Origin: a bacterium
Lineage (GTDB): Bacteria > Patescibacteriota > Microgenomatia > JAMCZE01
Assembly (NCBI GenBank): GCA_021836035.1
Contig: JAKBJL010000004.1
Span: 131,841 to 195,840, forward strand
Length of the DNA: 64,000 nucleotides
Direction: 5' to 3'
The translations under genes and the position numbers were made by a program. The notes under the pieces were generated by a model. The model ran no database searches. It saw nothing but the letters and a program-made list of their open reading frames with translations, and was not told where the DNA came from. This document shows positions 20,031 through 30,685 of this stretch, in pieces; within the stretch, counting starts at the first letter, position 1; each line of letters opens with the position of its first letter.

Positions 20031-21431
20031 CTATAAAAGCGCCTTCCTTCGGTGCCATTCAGTATTGTCTTCATATTTCTCTGCCAGATATAAAATTAAG
20101 TCCTCACTCCACTGCGGTCCGATAATTTGCATACCTACCGGTAAACCTTCTATAAAACCGCAGGGCAAATTAATTCCGGGTAAACCGGCTATGCTGCTGG
20201 GTTCTACTAGCATATCGGATATTTCTCCGTACATGGCTTGTCCCTTAGTGGCTCCTATTTTTTGCGCTACTGTCGGTGATGTCGGAGCGAGTAATAAATC
20301 TACCTCTTTCCAGGCACGGTTAAAATTATTAACAATTAAAGTCCGGACCTTTTGCGCCCGCTTATAATAAGCATCATAATAACCGGCTGATAAAGTATAA
20401 GTGCCTAACATTATCCGGCGCATGTTTTCCTCATTAAAATTATCTCTCGTGCCTCCGAAACGAATACCGTCGAAGCGGGCTAAATTGGAAGAAACTTCCG
20501 CTCTTTGAACAACCGTATAATCAGAAATAGCGTATTCCGGGTCTAATAAGGATAATTCTATGATCCTTGCTCCAAGTTTTTCCAATATTTTAGCTGACGC
20601 AAGCACCATTTCATTAATCCCCTTTTGCGTTTCGGAACGGTAATACTCTTTGGGAATGCCTATTTTCAATTCCCGGATGTTTTTAGTTTTATAATTAACT
20701 GGATTTACTGCCGTTGTCGCGTCATTTTCGTCAAAACCCGCTAGGATTTTATATATTAATTTAGCATCGGCAACGCTTTTGGTAAGCGGACCAGGCGAAT
20801 CTGTTGAGGAGGCCATGGCAATAAGACCAAACCTACTGATCCTTCCGTACGTTGGTTTAAATCCCACGACTCCGCACCAAGCGGCTGGTTGTCTTATGGA
20901 TCCGGCAGTTTCGCTGCCAACAGCAAAGATGGTTTCATTTGCGGCCACTGCCGCTGCTGATCCTCCTGAGGAACCGCCGGGAAGATAATTTAAATTCCAA
21001 GGATTTTTGGTAGATCCGAAATCGGAAGTTTCCGTAGAAGATCCGTGTGCGAACGCGTCCATGTTTGTTTTGCCAAGAATAATAGCTCCGGCATCCCGCA
21101 ATTTATTTACCACCGTGGCGTTATAGGGTGGCTGGTAATTTATTAAAATATTTGAGGAAGCAGTTGTCGTTAAACCGACGGTGTTAAAATTATCCTTAAT
21201 GGCGACTGGTATTCCTAAAAGGGGTTTTTCTGTTTGACCGGTATTGAGAATTTTCTCGACTTCTCCGGCCTGTTGTAAAGCCAGCTCTTTATTTAAGGCC
21301 AAAAAGGCATGAATTTTATTATCAACCTGCTCTATTCTGCGATAACAGTCTTCTAGTAAATCTCGGGCGGAAAAATTTTTCTTTTTTAAACCCTCTGAGG
21401 CCTCTATGATAGTCAAATCGTTTAGTCCCAT
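20031..21431 (-). CDS. gatA: Asp-tRNA(Asn)/Glu-tRNA(Gln) amidotransferase subunit A
   Basis: Amidase signature GGSSGGSAAAVAA and Ser-cisSer-Lys triad context. Confidence 0.9.
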   Translation of the reverse strand: MGLNDLTIIEASEGLKKKNFSARDLLEDCYRRIEQVDNKIHAFLALNKELALQQAGEVEKILNTGQTEKPLLGIPVAIKDNFNTVGLTTTASSNILINYQPPYNATVVNKLRDAGAIILGKTNMDAFAHGSSTETSDFGSTKNPWNLNYLPGGSSGGSAAAVAANETIFAVGSETAGSIRQPAAWCGVVGFKPTYGRISRFGLIAMASSTDSPGPLTKSVADAKLIYKILAGFDENDATTAVNPVNYKTKNIRELKIGIPKEYYRSETQKGINEMVLASAKILEKLGARIIELSLLDPEYAISDYTVVQRAEVSSNLARFDGIRFGGTRDNFNEENMRRIMLGTYTLSAGYYDAYYKRAQKVRTLIVNNFNRAWKEVDLLLAPTSPTVAQKIGATKGQAMYGEISDMLVEPSSIAGLPGINLPCGFIEGLPVGMQIIGPQWSEDLILYLAEKYEDNTEWHRRKALL

Positions 21432-21730
21432 ACTGAAGGTACCACAAAAAAGCCGTTATAACTCCGCCGGGCATTTTTTAAAGCTTCTTCCCGAGTTAAC
21501 CCCGGCCTGGTTATATCGTCTCTTAAAGCATTTTCTTTTCCGGTTACCTGGTAGGTTGGGGGAAGAGATTTAACCTTATTGTCCAATTCCGCGAGATGAT
21601 TAATATAATCTATGGTTGCGGATAGTTGTTCTTTTAGTTTTTCCCCCTCGTTTTCATTAAGCGGTAAATTTGCCAATTTAGCTACATGCATAACCTCTTC
21701 TTTGCTCAATTTAGTTATAGATTTAGACAT
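21422..21730 (-). CDS. gatC: Asp-tRNA(Asn)/Glu-tRNA(Gln) amidotransferase subunit C
   Basis: 102 aa directly upstream of and overlapping gatA, in the gatCAB order. Confidence 0.7.
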   Translation of the reverse strand: MSKSITKLSKEEVMHVAKLANLPLNENEGEKLKEQLSATIDYINHLAELDNKVKSLPPTYQVTGKENALRDDITRPGLTREEALKNARRSYNGFFVVPSVWD

Positions 21731-21750
21731 ATTTTTACTATCACGCTGTC

Positions 21751-22503
21751 TTATTGATCCGCAATTTTCCGGACAATCGCCATTGGCGTTTGTTCATGCG
21801 CTTGTCCCAGGGGATTATCCCGGAACATTTTACAGATTAAATCACGGTTAACCCCCTCGGTTGCTCCCTCAATTCTGGCACCGATATCGTTAGCATCAAT
21901 AATAGCTACACTCACTTTTAGCTTTAGGCTGTTCGCTATTTGCTCCTGGATCTTCCTTGCTACATTCTCCGGATCTTTCGGACCTAAGGTAGCGCATTTA
22001 TTTCCGGGGGGCAACGTATAACTGGTCGGTCCGTCGATAGCGTTAATCCCATTTCCTACCAGACGGTAAAATAGTCCTCTAATCCCGACTAATTTTCCCA
22101 ATGTTCCCAACGCTCCGGCCGTAATTATTCGTACTGCACCCGCCTCGTCTATTGCCGCCTGCATCGTCCACGGGCTTCCGATACCGATCCCCCAGGAAGG
22201 TTTATAAACAAACTTTACCAACAACTTAGCTATCCAAGAGGGATGAATTTTTGAGATGGGGATAGCCCGTCCCTGGGTAATCGCTACCACCCTTTCGGAA
22301 ATAACTACCATGTCGTTGTTTTGCAGATAAGATCCGGAATATTCAGTAACTACCTCGCTGATATTATCTTTCTCGGAAATTACTCTAGTTTTTATCGGAT
22401 AGCGACAGTATTTCTCCCCCTCAACTATAATTTCCAGCTTTTTCCCCTCATTCGGTTTTAGCATTCTTATCTGCTTACGTTCTTCAGACGGAATAATCTT
22501 CAT
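21751..22503 (-). CDS. CofE/FbiB-like F420-0:gamma-glutamyl ligase family protein
   Basis: 250 aa; the motifs VVISERVVAITQGR and SVAIIDANDIGA resemble the CofE family. Confidence 0.5.
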   Translation of the reverse strand: MKIIPSEERKQIRMLKPNEGKKLEIIVEGEKYCRYPIKTRVISEKDNISEVVTEYSGSYLQNNDMVVISERVVAITQGRAIPISKIHPSWIAKLLVKFVYKPSWGIGIGSPWTMQAAIDEAGAVRIITAGALGTLGKLVGIRGLFYRLVGNGINAIDGPTSYTLPPGNKCATLGPKDPENVARKIQEQIANSLKLKVSVAIIDANDIGARIEGATEGVNRDLICKMFRDNPLGQAHEQTPMAIVRKIADQ

Positions 22504-22505
22504 AT

Positions 22506-24359
22506 TTATTTATCAATAAATATTCTCATCCAAAGCTCCAGATTGATAATCCTCCAAAATACGAGGCTTTCCTCGTTTTTTCCCTCCAGGAACTCCTTAA
22601 ACCTTTCCCGTATTTTAGCAGAATTAAAATATGACCGGTTACGGAAACTTTCGCTGTTAATAATTGTGTTTATTTCCCGAGCGGATTTCCTCATCCAGGC
22701 AATTTCCGGAGTGGTAAATCCTACTTTCCAGCGACGATTTCTAATTTTTTCCGGTAGCAGATCTTTAAACGCTTCTCGCATCACCCACTTATTCCAGCCA
22801 TTTCTAATTTTAAAATTAGCTGGAAGACTGGCAACAAACTCTACTAGCCGGGGGTCAAGAAACGGAACCCGTGCTTCAATGGAAAAAGCCATCGAATTGC
22901 GGTCTTCGTAGCGTAAAAGGGCCGGTAGGCTATTTTTAAAAATATCCTCCTCTAATCTCTTATTCAGCACGCTATCTTGCGTTGCCGCTTGATGCGAATT
23001 TATGAGTAGGGAATCCGGAAAACGGAACAACTCGCTTATTTTAAAGCCCTTTTTTATTCCTAACAGGATAAGAGCGCGCTCTTTAATAAAAGGCCAAAAT
23101 ACATCGCGGGCCGATAACGCTTCTTGTAGCAGACGGAAATATTTTTTCTCCCGCCATAATTCCTTTAAATAAATAAAATGGTAAGGAATATAACCGGCTA
23201 ACATTTCATCAGCACCTTGACCGTCTAGCAGAACTTTAATCCCTTTATGATGGGCCAACTCCATCACTTTCCATTGAGCGTATGGCCCGCTGGAAATCAT
23301 CGGCTCGTCCTGGTAATAAATAAGTTTATCCAAATCCTGCCACATCTGCTCCCGTTGCGGTCTAATTTCATAGTTATCCACCCGCGTTTGGTTAACCACC
23401 TCATCAATATAAAATTTTTCATTATTAGCTTCCCCGGGAAATACTGCACTAAAAGTTTTCTGTCGTTCACCTAACGTTTTAAACAACTGGCTATTCTTCG
23501 TCTTCTGCTCGTTTTTCACCAGGCTATTGATCATTCTCACTACCGCCGAACTGTCCAGCCCGCCTGAAAGCGCCGTCCCGACGGGTACTTCGCTGATAAG
23601 CCGTAATTTAACTGAATTCCGGAATAACTCAAGAAATTTATTCTTCGCATCTTCAAACGTTATGTTTTTATCTTCCAAACCGGTCGGAAAACTCCAATAT
23701 CGCTGAACTTGGTAATGCGACGTATTTAGGTCCCACTCCAAAAAACTAGAAGGTGGCAACCTTTTAATATCGTTAAAAAAAGTTTCCTGGTTATCATCAT
23801 GCTTCCGGGTAAGTAAGTATTTTTGGATAGTTTCCCCATTTGGTTGGATAGGAATTTTTAATTTTCTTAGGGCTACTAATATGGCTTTAATTTCCGAAGA
23901 GAAAATTAATTTCTTACCCTCAGCATAATAAAACAGCGGTTTAATACCGAAGTGGTCCCTTGCCAGAATAATTTTCCTTATTTTCCGATCATAAATCGCC
24001 AACCCAAACATCCCGTTCAATTGCGCAAAGCCGCTGCTACCATTCTCCTCATACCAATGTACTATCGCTTCACCATCGCCTTCGGTGTAAAAGCGGTGTC
24101 CTTTATCTGTCAGCTTATTTTTTAGCTCCCGAAAGTTGTAAACTTCGCCGTTATAAACCAACGCAAGGGATTTATCCTCGTTGTAAAGAGGCTGAAAGCT
24201 TCCCTGTAAATCGATGATAGCTAATCTTCTATAGCCAAGATTAATACTCTCTTCCTGGAAATATTGCTGATCATCCGGTCCGCGGTGAGAAAGGGTATGA
24301 CCCATTTCTTCGAGAAGTTTATTGTCCTTAAATCCTATGAAGCCGTAAATACCGCACAT
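22506..24359 (-). CDS. asnB: asparagine synthase (glutamine-hydrolysing)
   Basis: A class-II amidotransferase must begin MCGI (Cys2). The ORF as drawn (to 24434) has 25 extra N-terminal residues, so the true start is the internal MCGIYGF. The synthetase motif SGGLDSS is present. Confidence 0.85.
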   Translation of the reverse strand: MCGIYGFIGFKDNKLLEEMGHTLSHRGPDDQQYFQEESINLGYRRLAIIDLQGSFQPLYNEDKSLALVYNGEVYNFRELKNKLTDKGHRFYTEGDGEAIVHWYEENGSSGFAQLNGMFGLAIYDRKIRKIILARDHFGIKPLFYYAEGKKLIFSSEIKAILVALRKLKIPIQPNGETIQKYLLTRKHDDNQETFFNDIKRLPPSSFLEWDLNTSHYQVQRYWSFPTGLEDKNITFEDAKNKFLELFRNSVKLRLISEVPVGTALSGGLDSSAVVRMINSLVKNEQKTKNSQLFKTLGERQKTFSAVFPGEANNEKFYIDEVVNQTRVDNYEIRPQREQMWQDLDKLIYYQDEPMISSGPYAQWKVMELAHHKGIKVLLDGQGADEMLAGYIPYHFIYLKELWREKKYFRLLQEALSARDVFWPFIKERALILLGIKKGFKISELFRFPDSLLINSHQAATQDSVLNKRLEEDIFKNSLPALLRYEDRNSMAFSIEARVPFLDPRLVEFVASLPANFKIRNGWNKWVMREAFKDLLPEKIRNRRWKVGFTTPEIAWMRKSAREINTIINSESFRNRSYFNSAKIRERFKEFLEGKNEESLVFWRIINLELWMRIFIDK

Positions 24360-24360
24360 T

Positions 24361-25260
24361 TTACATACTCCGGAGAATTTTGATCCTTTCCTCAATCGGC
24401 GGATGAGTATCGAAAAGTCCGGCAAACCAGGCACCCGTATCTTTCCCTTTAAACGGATTCACGATAAATAGATGCGCTGTAGCGTTGGAAGCAAAAGTTT
24501 CCGGTTGTTTATCGGCGGCTAGTTTTTCCAAAGCGTCGGCAAGTCCTTCGGGGTAACGGGTAAGGTAAGCACCGTTGGCGTCAGCCAAAAATTCCCGTCT
24601 CCGGGAAATTGCTAATTGAATTAGACTGGCTATTAATGGTGAAAGAATCGCCAAGATGATTCCCAACACAATAAATATCATTTGTAATTGTCCCCCGCCC
24701 TCTTCCCTGTCTCTACGTCCGCCGAACCACATGTTGCGCATAAATAAATCAGCCAATATAGTTACCAAACCTACTAAAACCGCGACTATAGCCATTAAGC
24801 GGGTATCGTAATCTTTGACATGGGATAATTCATGGGCAATAACGCCTTCCAGCTCGTTTTTATCCATCATCTCAATTAAGCCGCGCGTTGCGCAAATGAC
24901 TGCATGCTGCGGATCCCGACCGGTAGCGAAAGCATTAGGAGCCGAACTTTCTATGAGATATACCCTGGGTTTCGGTAAGCCGGCCGCCAGTGCCAGATTT
25001 TCGACCGCGTGCACCAATTTTGGCTCTTCAGCTTCGCTTACCTCATGAGCGCCGGATAAGGATAGGACTAGGCTGTCCGAATAATAATAACTTCCCAGAG
25101 ACATTAGCCCCGAGAAAATAAGGGCAATGCCCACAAAGCTTACACCGTATCCCGTAGCCTGGCCAAAAATATAAGCCAAAAGGGAAATAAAAAGAATAAA
25201 CGCGGCCATGACTAACCATGTCCGACGCTTATTCGAATCAATCTGGGTATAGATACTCAT
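24361..25260 (-). CDS. htpX: M48-family zinc metalloprotease HtpX
   Basis: TM helices and an HELSHV (HExxH) motif. Confidence 0.8.
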   Translation of the reverse strand: MSIYTQIDSNKRRTWLVMAAFILFISLLAYIFGQATGYGVSFVGIALIFSGLMSLGSYYYSDSLVLSLSGAHEVSEAEEPKLVHAVENLALAAGLPKPRVYLIESSAPNAFATGRDPQHAVICATRGLIEMMDKNELEGVIAHELSHVKDYDTRLMAIVAVLVGLVTILADLFMRNMWFGGRRDREEGGGQLQMIFIVLGIILAILSPLIASLIQLAISRRREFLADANGAYLTRYPEGLADALEKLAADKQPETFASNATAHLFIVNPFKGKDTGAWFAGLFDTHPPIEERIKILRSM

Positions 25261-25365
25261 ACGAATTATTCACAAATAGGTAATATACAAATCTAGGTAA
25301 AATACAAATACTTTGCAAATACAAATTTGTTAATTTGTATATTCCCACTGGCAAGAATTCGTTAC

Positions 25366-25929
25366 CTAGGTAAAATCAACTTTGACCGCTTTTCTTTCTT
25401 CCTCGGTAGCTCCAAAAAATTCCCGTGGTTGAAAGCCTAACGCGCCGGCGATCAAAACATTCGGGAAGACCTTTAGGCTGGTATTGTAATCCATTACCAC
25501 ATTGTTGTAAAACTGGCGGCTATAAGCAACCTTATCCTCGGTATCCGTATATTCATCCTGAAACTGTTTAAAATTTTCGGCTGCCCTAAGTTGCGGATAT
25601 CCTTCTGCAACGGCAAATAAGGATTTCATTACCCCGCCTAGCTGGTCGTTGGCATTAGCTTTCTCTCCTGGAGTTCTTGCTGATAGCAGGGCCGATCTGG
25701 CTTTAGTAACATTTTCAAATAGCTCCTTTTCGTGTTTGGCATAAGCCTTGACTGTTTCTACTAAATTAGGGATCAGGTCTGCTCTTCTTTTCAATTGAAC
25801 ATCAATCTGGCTCCAGGCTTCATCAACGTGCATCCTGGCGGTTACCAAACCGTTATAAAGTGACCAGAGAAAAAAGCCGGCAATTACTAAAATAATTAAT
25901 GGTATAAGCAACGCTCCCATAATTCTCAC
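25366..25929 (-). CDS. LemA-family membrane protein
   Basis: An N-terminal TM helix plus the LemA signature region NGLVTARMHVDEAWSQIDVQLKRRADLIPNLVETVK. Confidence 0.8.
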   Translation of the reverse strand: MRIMGALLIPLIILVIAGFFLWSLYNGLVTARMHVDEAWSQIDVQLKRRADLIPNLVETVKAYAKHEKELFENVTKARSALLSARTPGEKANANDQLGGVMKSLFAVAEGYPQLRAAENFKQFQDEYTDTEDKVAYSRQFYNNVVMDYNTSLKVFPNVLIAGALGFQPREFFGATEEERKAVKVDFT

Positions 25930-27719
25930 CCCCTAACCCTCTTTTTTAACCACAATAAAATCTTATCATAATCCCAGGTATTAATAATATCGGAGGCCTG
26001 AGACCAACCCCTCCTGGCAACGCTGACCCCGAATCTCATAAGATTCAGGTCTTCTTTATTATGAGCATCTGTTCCCAAACTCAGCTTTACGCCTCTTTTA
26101 ATCGCTTCGCGCACTAAAGTATCTGGTAAATCCAATCGATTGGGATAAGCGTTAATTTCTATTGCCTTATCATTGTCTAATAAGAAACGGAAAATGGTTT
26201 CCCAGTCAAGTTCATAACCTTCCCTGGTACCCAATAACCTTCCTGTGGGGTGAGCAAAAATCCTGACCAGGGGATGGGACAATCCCTTGATTACTCGTTT
26301 TGTCATCTCCTCGCGGCCAAGGTTAAAATTGCTATGAATACTTGCTAAACAACCATCGAGTAATAATTCTGCTCCTTTAGGCAAATTTAATATGCCCTTA
26401 GTATCTATATCAACTTCCAGTAAGTTTAATATATGAATACTATTAGTTGACTTCCTTAGGTGTTCAATATAAGCTAACCTGGCTGTCAATATATTTATTA
26501 TCTGTTCTTCACTATGATTGGAAACGCTGGGGTTATGCTCGCTAAAGGCTAAATATTCATAATTTAAATCTTTGGCAACTTGCAGCATGCTTTCCATCGT
26601 GTCTGCTCCCAAATCATGACTGGGTTCAACATTGTAATTACTGTGAGTTTGTAAATCGCCACGGATTTCCTTTAGCTCTACCAGTTTCGGTAGTTTTTTA
26701 CCCAGAGCCGCTTCGATTTCCCCGGTATCTTCCCTTATTTCCGGAGGGATCCATTCCATCCCCAAATATTTATAGAAAATGTCTTCTTCGGAAAATTGTT
26801 TGATCATACCATTTTTCAGAGATTTAATTCCGTATTCACTTAAGGAATTTCCACCTTGCCGTGCCCATTCCCGTAAATGGATATTGTGTTGTTTGCTGCC
26901 GGTAAAATATTGCAGCATTGATCCCCAATCTTCGGGGCTACACACTCGGAGATCTACCTGCCTACCGGAGGATATAAGCAATGAAGCGCCGGTGGGGCCA
27001 CGCTCGATAATCTGTTTCTTGCGCGGATAACCAGTGAAGATTTTTAAAACTTCCTCTGGTTTTCGGGTTGCTATGGCCAGATCAACATCCCCTATGGTAG
27101 ATACTCTTCTTCTTAGGCTTCCTAATTTTTCAATCTTCAAAATCTCTTCTCCAGCATTTTCTTTAAGATAAGAGATTAAATCTTCGGCCAACTGATCAGC
27201 AAACACTAAAGACATGCGGTTTTCCTTAACCTGGCCCAGTTCGTATAGACGAATTCCTTCTAAAATATCTTTTTCGCTCTTTTCACCGAAATTTTTCAGT
27301 GAAGCAATCTGGTGTTGTTTGGCTGCTTTTTTAAGTTCATTGATGGCGTTATGAGGATCATTTATACCCAATTCTATAACTAGTTTATGGGCTTTTTTTG
27401 GTCCAAATCCGGGTAAATCCAGAAGATTAAACATTGCCGGGGGCATTTTTTTCAAAACCACTTCGAAGTGGCCTACTTTTCCGGTACGGAACAATTCGTC
27501 GAGATGGTCGGCAATATTTTTCCCTACTCCGGGAATATCTTCCAATTTCCCGTCGTCCCAAAGATCTTTCGCCTCGCTGGTAGCGTGTTCAATTGCCGTA
27601 GCTGCGGATTCATAGGCTAAAACTCTGAATCTATTCTCGCCAAGAATGGTATAAGCTGCTGCTACCTTGCGTAACAAACGCGCTATCTCCAGATTTGTGA
27701 AGCCGTAGATTGATTTCAT
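25926..27719 (-). CDS. polX: DNA polymerase X family protein with C-terminal PHP domain
   Basis: HhH motifs (GIGKNIADHL, GFGPKKAHKL), pol-beta-like palm GDVD and PHP motifs LQTHSNYN, FSEHN. Confidence 0.8.
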   Translation of the reverse strand: MKSIYGFTNLEIARLLRKVAAAYTILGENRFRVLAYESAATAIEHATSEAKDLWDDGKLEDIPGVGKNIADHLDELFRTGKVGHFEVVLKKMPPAMFNLLDLPGFGPKKAHKLVIELGINDPHNAINELKKAAKQHQIASLKNFGEKSEKDILEGIRLYELGQVKENRMSLVFADQLAEDLISYLKENAGEEILKIEKLGSLRRRVSTIGDVDLAIATRKPEEVLKIFTGYPRKKQIIERGPTGASLLISSGRQVDLRVCSPEDWGSMLQYFTGSKQHNIHLREWARQGGNSLSEYGIKSLKNGMIKQFSEEDIFYKYLGMEWIPPEIREDTGEIEAALGKKLPKLVELKEIRGDLQTHSNYNVEPSHDLGADTMESMLQVAKDLNYEYLAFSEHNPSVSNHSEEQIINILTARLAYIEHLRKSTNSIHILNLLEVDIDTKGILNLPKGAELLLDGCLASIHSNFNLGREEMTKRVIKGLSHPLVRIFAHPTGRLLGTREGYELDWETIFRFLLDNDKAIEINAYPNRLDLPDTLVREAIKRGVKLSLGTDAHNKEDLNLMRFGVSVARRGWSQASDIINTWDYDKILLWLKKRVRG

Positions 27720-27837
27720 AAGGCGCCTCTGCTAATATTCTACTGCAAACGTGCACTTTTAATAAATATGTGGGGTGGCAGCCTAACCGATAAATATTCG
27801 GCGATTGGGCTAAAGCGTCCCGCACATTTTGCGTTCA

Positions 27838-27910
27838 GGACCCGTAGTGTAGCGGCTAACACGCTGCCCTGTCACGGCAGAGATCACCGGTTCGAATCCG
27901 GCCGGGTCCG
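27838..27910 (+). tRNA. tRNA-Asp (anticodon GTC)
   Basis: Hand-folded: acceptor GGACCCG/CGGGTCC, anticodon stem CTGCC/GGCAG with loop CTGTCAC, T-loop TTCGAAT and discriminator G. Confidence 0.8.
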
Positions 27911-28020
27911 CGAAATGTTTCGGGATAACATCTTTTCGCGCGTCCCCACAGATTTAACTGCTGAAACACTCCTGCCTGTTTGACTTTCTGCCCCTTATTT
28001 ATTTCTGCCTTGAAAGGAGG

Positions 28021-28638
28021 ATGGAAATGGATAAATATCAGAAGCGCCTGAATAATTTGCTTAAAAAACATAAAATCTCCGAAGCTAATTTACGTATGGT
28101 TCTGGGGCTGGTTATTATTTTGGTCATCGGTATTCTGGCTTACAACATTTTTAAAGGCCAGCAGGTTTCACCGAATATCCCGGGCCAACCCCCAACCGAA
28201 GAACAACAGGGAGGAAGTAAAAGCGGCGGTTTAACTGCTCCGACAGCTGCGGTTGCTTTACCTACTGAACATACGGTGAAAGCCGGAGAGAATCTTTGGG
28301 GTATTGCGGAAAAATACTATACTTCCGGTTACAATTGGGTGGATATAGCTAAAGTTAATAATCTTTCCGATCCGAACGAAATAAACGATGGCCAAAAGTT
28401 AACTATTCCCAAAGTGGAAATCCGCCAACCTACCGTTTCTAATAGTCAGATAACTACTGTTATAACGGAAAGTAAAATAACCGGGAAAACTTACACAGTC
28501 ATCCACGGAGATAACCTTTGGGATATTGCGGTCAGAGCATACGGTGATGGGTTTAAATGGACGGAAATAGCTAAGGTCAATCAATTAGCAGATCCACAAA
28601 TAATTCACGCCGGAAATGTTCTTTCTATACCCCGATAA
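28021..28638 (+). CDS. LysM-repeat peptidoglycan-binding protein
   Basis: An N-terminal TM helix followed by two LysM repeats (HTVKAGENLWGIAEKYY..., YTVIHGDNLWDIAVRAYG...). Confidence 0.75.
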   Translation: MEMDKYQKRLNNLLKKHKISEANLRMVLGLVIILVIGILAYNIFKGQQVSPNIPGQPPTEEQQGGSKSGGLTAPTAAVALPTEHTVKAGENLWGIAEKYYTSGYNWVDIAKVNNLSDPNEINDGQKLTIPKVEIRQPTVSNSQITTVITESKITGKTYTVIHGDNLWDIAVRAYGDGFKWTEIAKVNQLADPQIIHAGNVLSIPR

Positions 28639-28900
28639 ATTCTTAACCGGGATAAAGTCGAAGGTTTTGTTATATAATTTAAGTGCTTAGCACGAAGTTA
28701 ATTCATGTGTGTTAAGTGGGTTTAGCACACCGGTTGTATGCTACCGGACTTTACCCTGTTAAATTCGCGGGTGTGGTGTACCGGTAACACGTCTCCTTCC
28801 CAAGGAGAAGACAGAGGGTCCAATTCCCTTCACCCGCTCCAGATGTGACAGAAATAAACACAAATGTACACAAAGTTACTAGTAAATTACATAAATTAAC

Positions 28901-29542
28901 ATGAAGATTCATGAAATCTACAGAAAATATAGGGTAACCCCCAATCTTCAAGAGCACATGTTAAGAGTTTGCAGTATTGTTGAGTTTATTCAAAGACATT
29001 GGCAAGCAGAAGGACTTGTCGATTGGAATTTTCTTAAAAAAATAGCTTTACTTCACGATTTGGGCAACACTGTGAAATTCGATTTAGACAAAAATCCTGA
29101 ATTTCTTGGTAAAGAAAAATCAAACATCCGATATTGGAAGCAGGTCCAGAAAGAAATTATCAAAAAATACGGGTTAAACGATCACGAAGCAACAAAACGA
29201 ATGCTCCAGGAAATTGGCGTAGAAGACGAGATGATAAAAACAATTCTTCAAAAAAGCTTTGGCAACTCAGTTGAGACAAAAAATTCAAACAATTGGCCAC
29301 TGAAAATTTTGTATTATGCTGATTTGAGAATTCTTCCTTTTGGAATTGGGACTTTAAAGGAGAGAATTGACGACGTCAGAGATAGAATGCCTAAGTACAC
29401 AAACAGACCTGATTTTGATGATTTGGTTAATGCGTGCAGAGAAATTGAAGAACAAATACAAAGCAACCTTACCGTTTCAGTAAATGATATTGGTGATAAG
29501 ACAACGGGTTTAAATCAAGAGCTATTGAACCTTGAAGTTTAA
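28901..29542 (+). CDS. HD-domain protein (putative phosphohydrolase)
   Basis: A His ...(x27)... HDLG arrangement (HMLRVCSIVEFI ... IALLHDLGN) consistent with the HD motif; 213 aa. Confidence 0.4.
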   Translation: MKIHEIYRKYRVTPNLQEHMLRVCSIVEFIQRHWQAEGLVDWNFLKKIALLHDLGNTVKFDLDKNPEFLGKEKSNIRYWKQVQKEIIKKYGLNDHEATKRMLQEIGVEDEMIKTILQKSFGNSVETKNSNNWPLKILYYADLRILPFGIGTLKERIDDVRDRMPKYTNRPDFDDLVNACREIEEQIQSNLTVSVNDIGDKTTGLNQELLNLEV

Positions 29543-30121
29543 AAAAGCCGATCCTCGTGGCAGGAAAAGTGAAACTTTTCCGAGATGGATCAATTACGTC
29601 CAACATTTGTTCCCTAAATAAGGTGCTTTTACCACGAGGATCATTCGGTATGCTTATGATACCATTTCTCGTAATTCTTGAAACTTGGGATGCCAAGACG
29701 GCTTTTTAAAAAATTAAGTTTTAAAACAAGATCTGGGGTAATATACTTGTACAGGTTAACAAATAACCAAATAGGCAATAGGTTCGAGCTGAGTACCGTC
29801 CCCAGCTCCATATGAGGGTGGTTTTGTTTTGGTCAAATATTTCCCCTTTAAATCAAATTTTCCCCGAGTTCGAGCCCAAATTTTCAACAAAATTCTCTTA
29901 GCCTGAAAATGAAAGATACTGGTAACGAGGGTCGGACCTAATGTATAAAACGGGTCCAGTGGGAAAGTAATTTAATTCTTTTGCACAATCCCGCTGAAAA
30001 TATTGGGATTAAATGCCTTCCGGCCGATCCCCAGACGCTAGAAATTCAAACATCCTACTTAATTGTATGAACGGGGCGGCTGTTTCTTATACAAAACGCC
30101 AGATTTTGCTAAACTAAATTA

Positions 30122-30685
30122 ATGGTTGTTTTTATCGATGAATCGGGGACCAATAAGCATGAAGGACACGCAACGATGGCAGTGGTGTATGTTGAAGTAG
30201 TCAACAGAGAAAAGTTTGAAAAGGGCTTTTCCGACGCTCTTCAGGAGGTAGATATAGCGGAATTCCACTGGGCCGATCAGGGCTGGAAAGTGCGCCGCAA
30301 GTTTTTCGAGAAAGTCTTCTCCTTAGACTTCTTTTTTAAGGTGGCTGTCTTTAAAAATCCAGCCCACCCGGAAAAGATGATGGAGATTGTTTTCCAGCAC
30401 TTAATTACAGAGAAAAATATTCGGTGGATATTTATCGACGGCAAGAAGTCCCGGCGCTATGAGAATGAGTTTAAAAACGTTCTACGTTCTAAGGATATAA
30501 CCGTCAAGAAGTTGAAAACGGTTCGTAGTGAATCTTCTTATTTTGGTGTCCAGTTAGCCGACGCTCTGGCTGGGCTGATGCGCTATTTAGAGTACAATCC
30601 GGGCGCCGAAGATGCCAAACAAATGGTTTCAAAGCTGCAGAGATCTAAAAAGCTGTTTGCAAAATATATTTTCTCCGGTAAATAA
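30122..30685 (+). CDS. DUF3800-family protein
   Basis: The N-terminus MVVFIDESG matches the characteristic DUF3800 start (x-x-YIDESG). Confidence 0.5.
   Translation: MVVFIDESGTNKHEGHATMAVVYVEVVNREKFEKGFSDALQEVDIAEFHWADQGWKVRRKFFEKVFSLDFFFKVAVFKNPAHPEKMMEIVFQHLITEKNIRWIFIDGKKSRRYENEFKNVLRSKDITVKKLKTVRSESSYFGVQLADALAGLMRYLEYNPGAEDAKQMVSKLQRSKKLFAKYIFSGK

Noticed and set aside
28640-28900. RNase P RNA on the minus strand
   Set aside because: Only the GTAAAGTCCGG (CR-I-like) motif is present. The region is about 240 nt and lacks the CR-II to CR-V motifs (GGUAAGAGCGCACC, ACAGAANNCGGCUUA).
29785-29880. tRNA-like 3' fragment (GGTTCGAGC...AGCTCCA) as a possible att scar
   Set aside because: It resembles a T-loop, but I could not fold a consistent T-stem/acceptor pairing. 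It does not match the 3' ends of the tRNA-Asp or tRNA-His in the window, so it is a chance resemblance.
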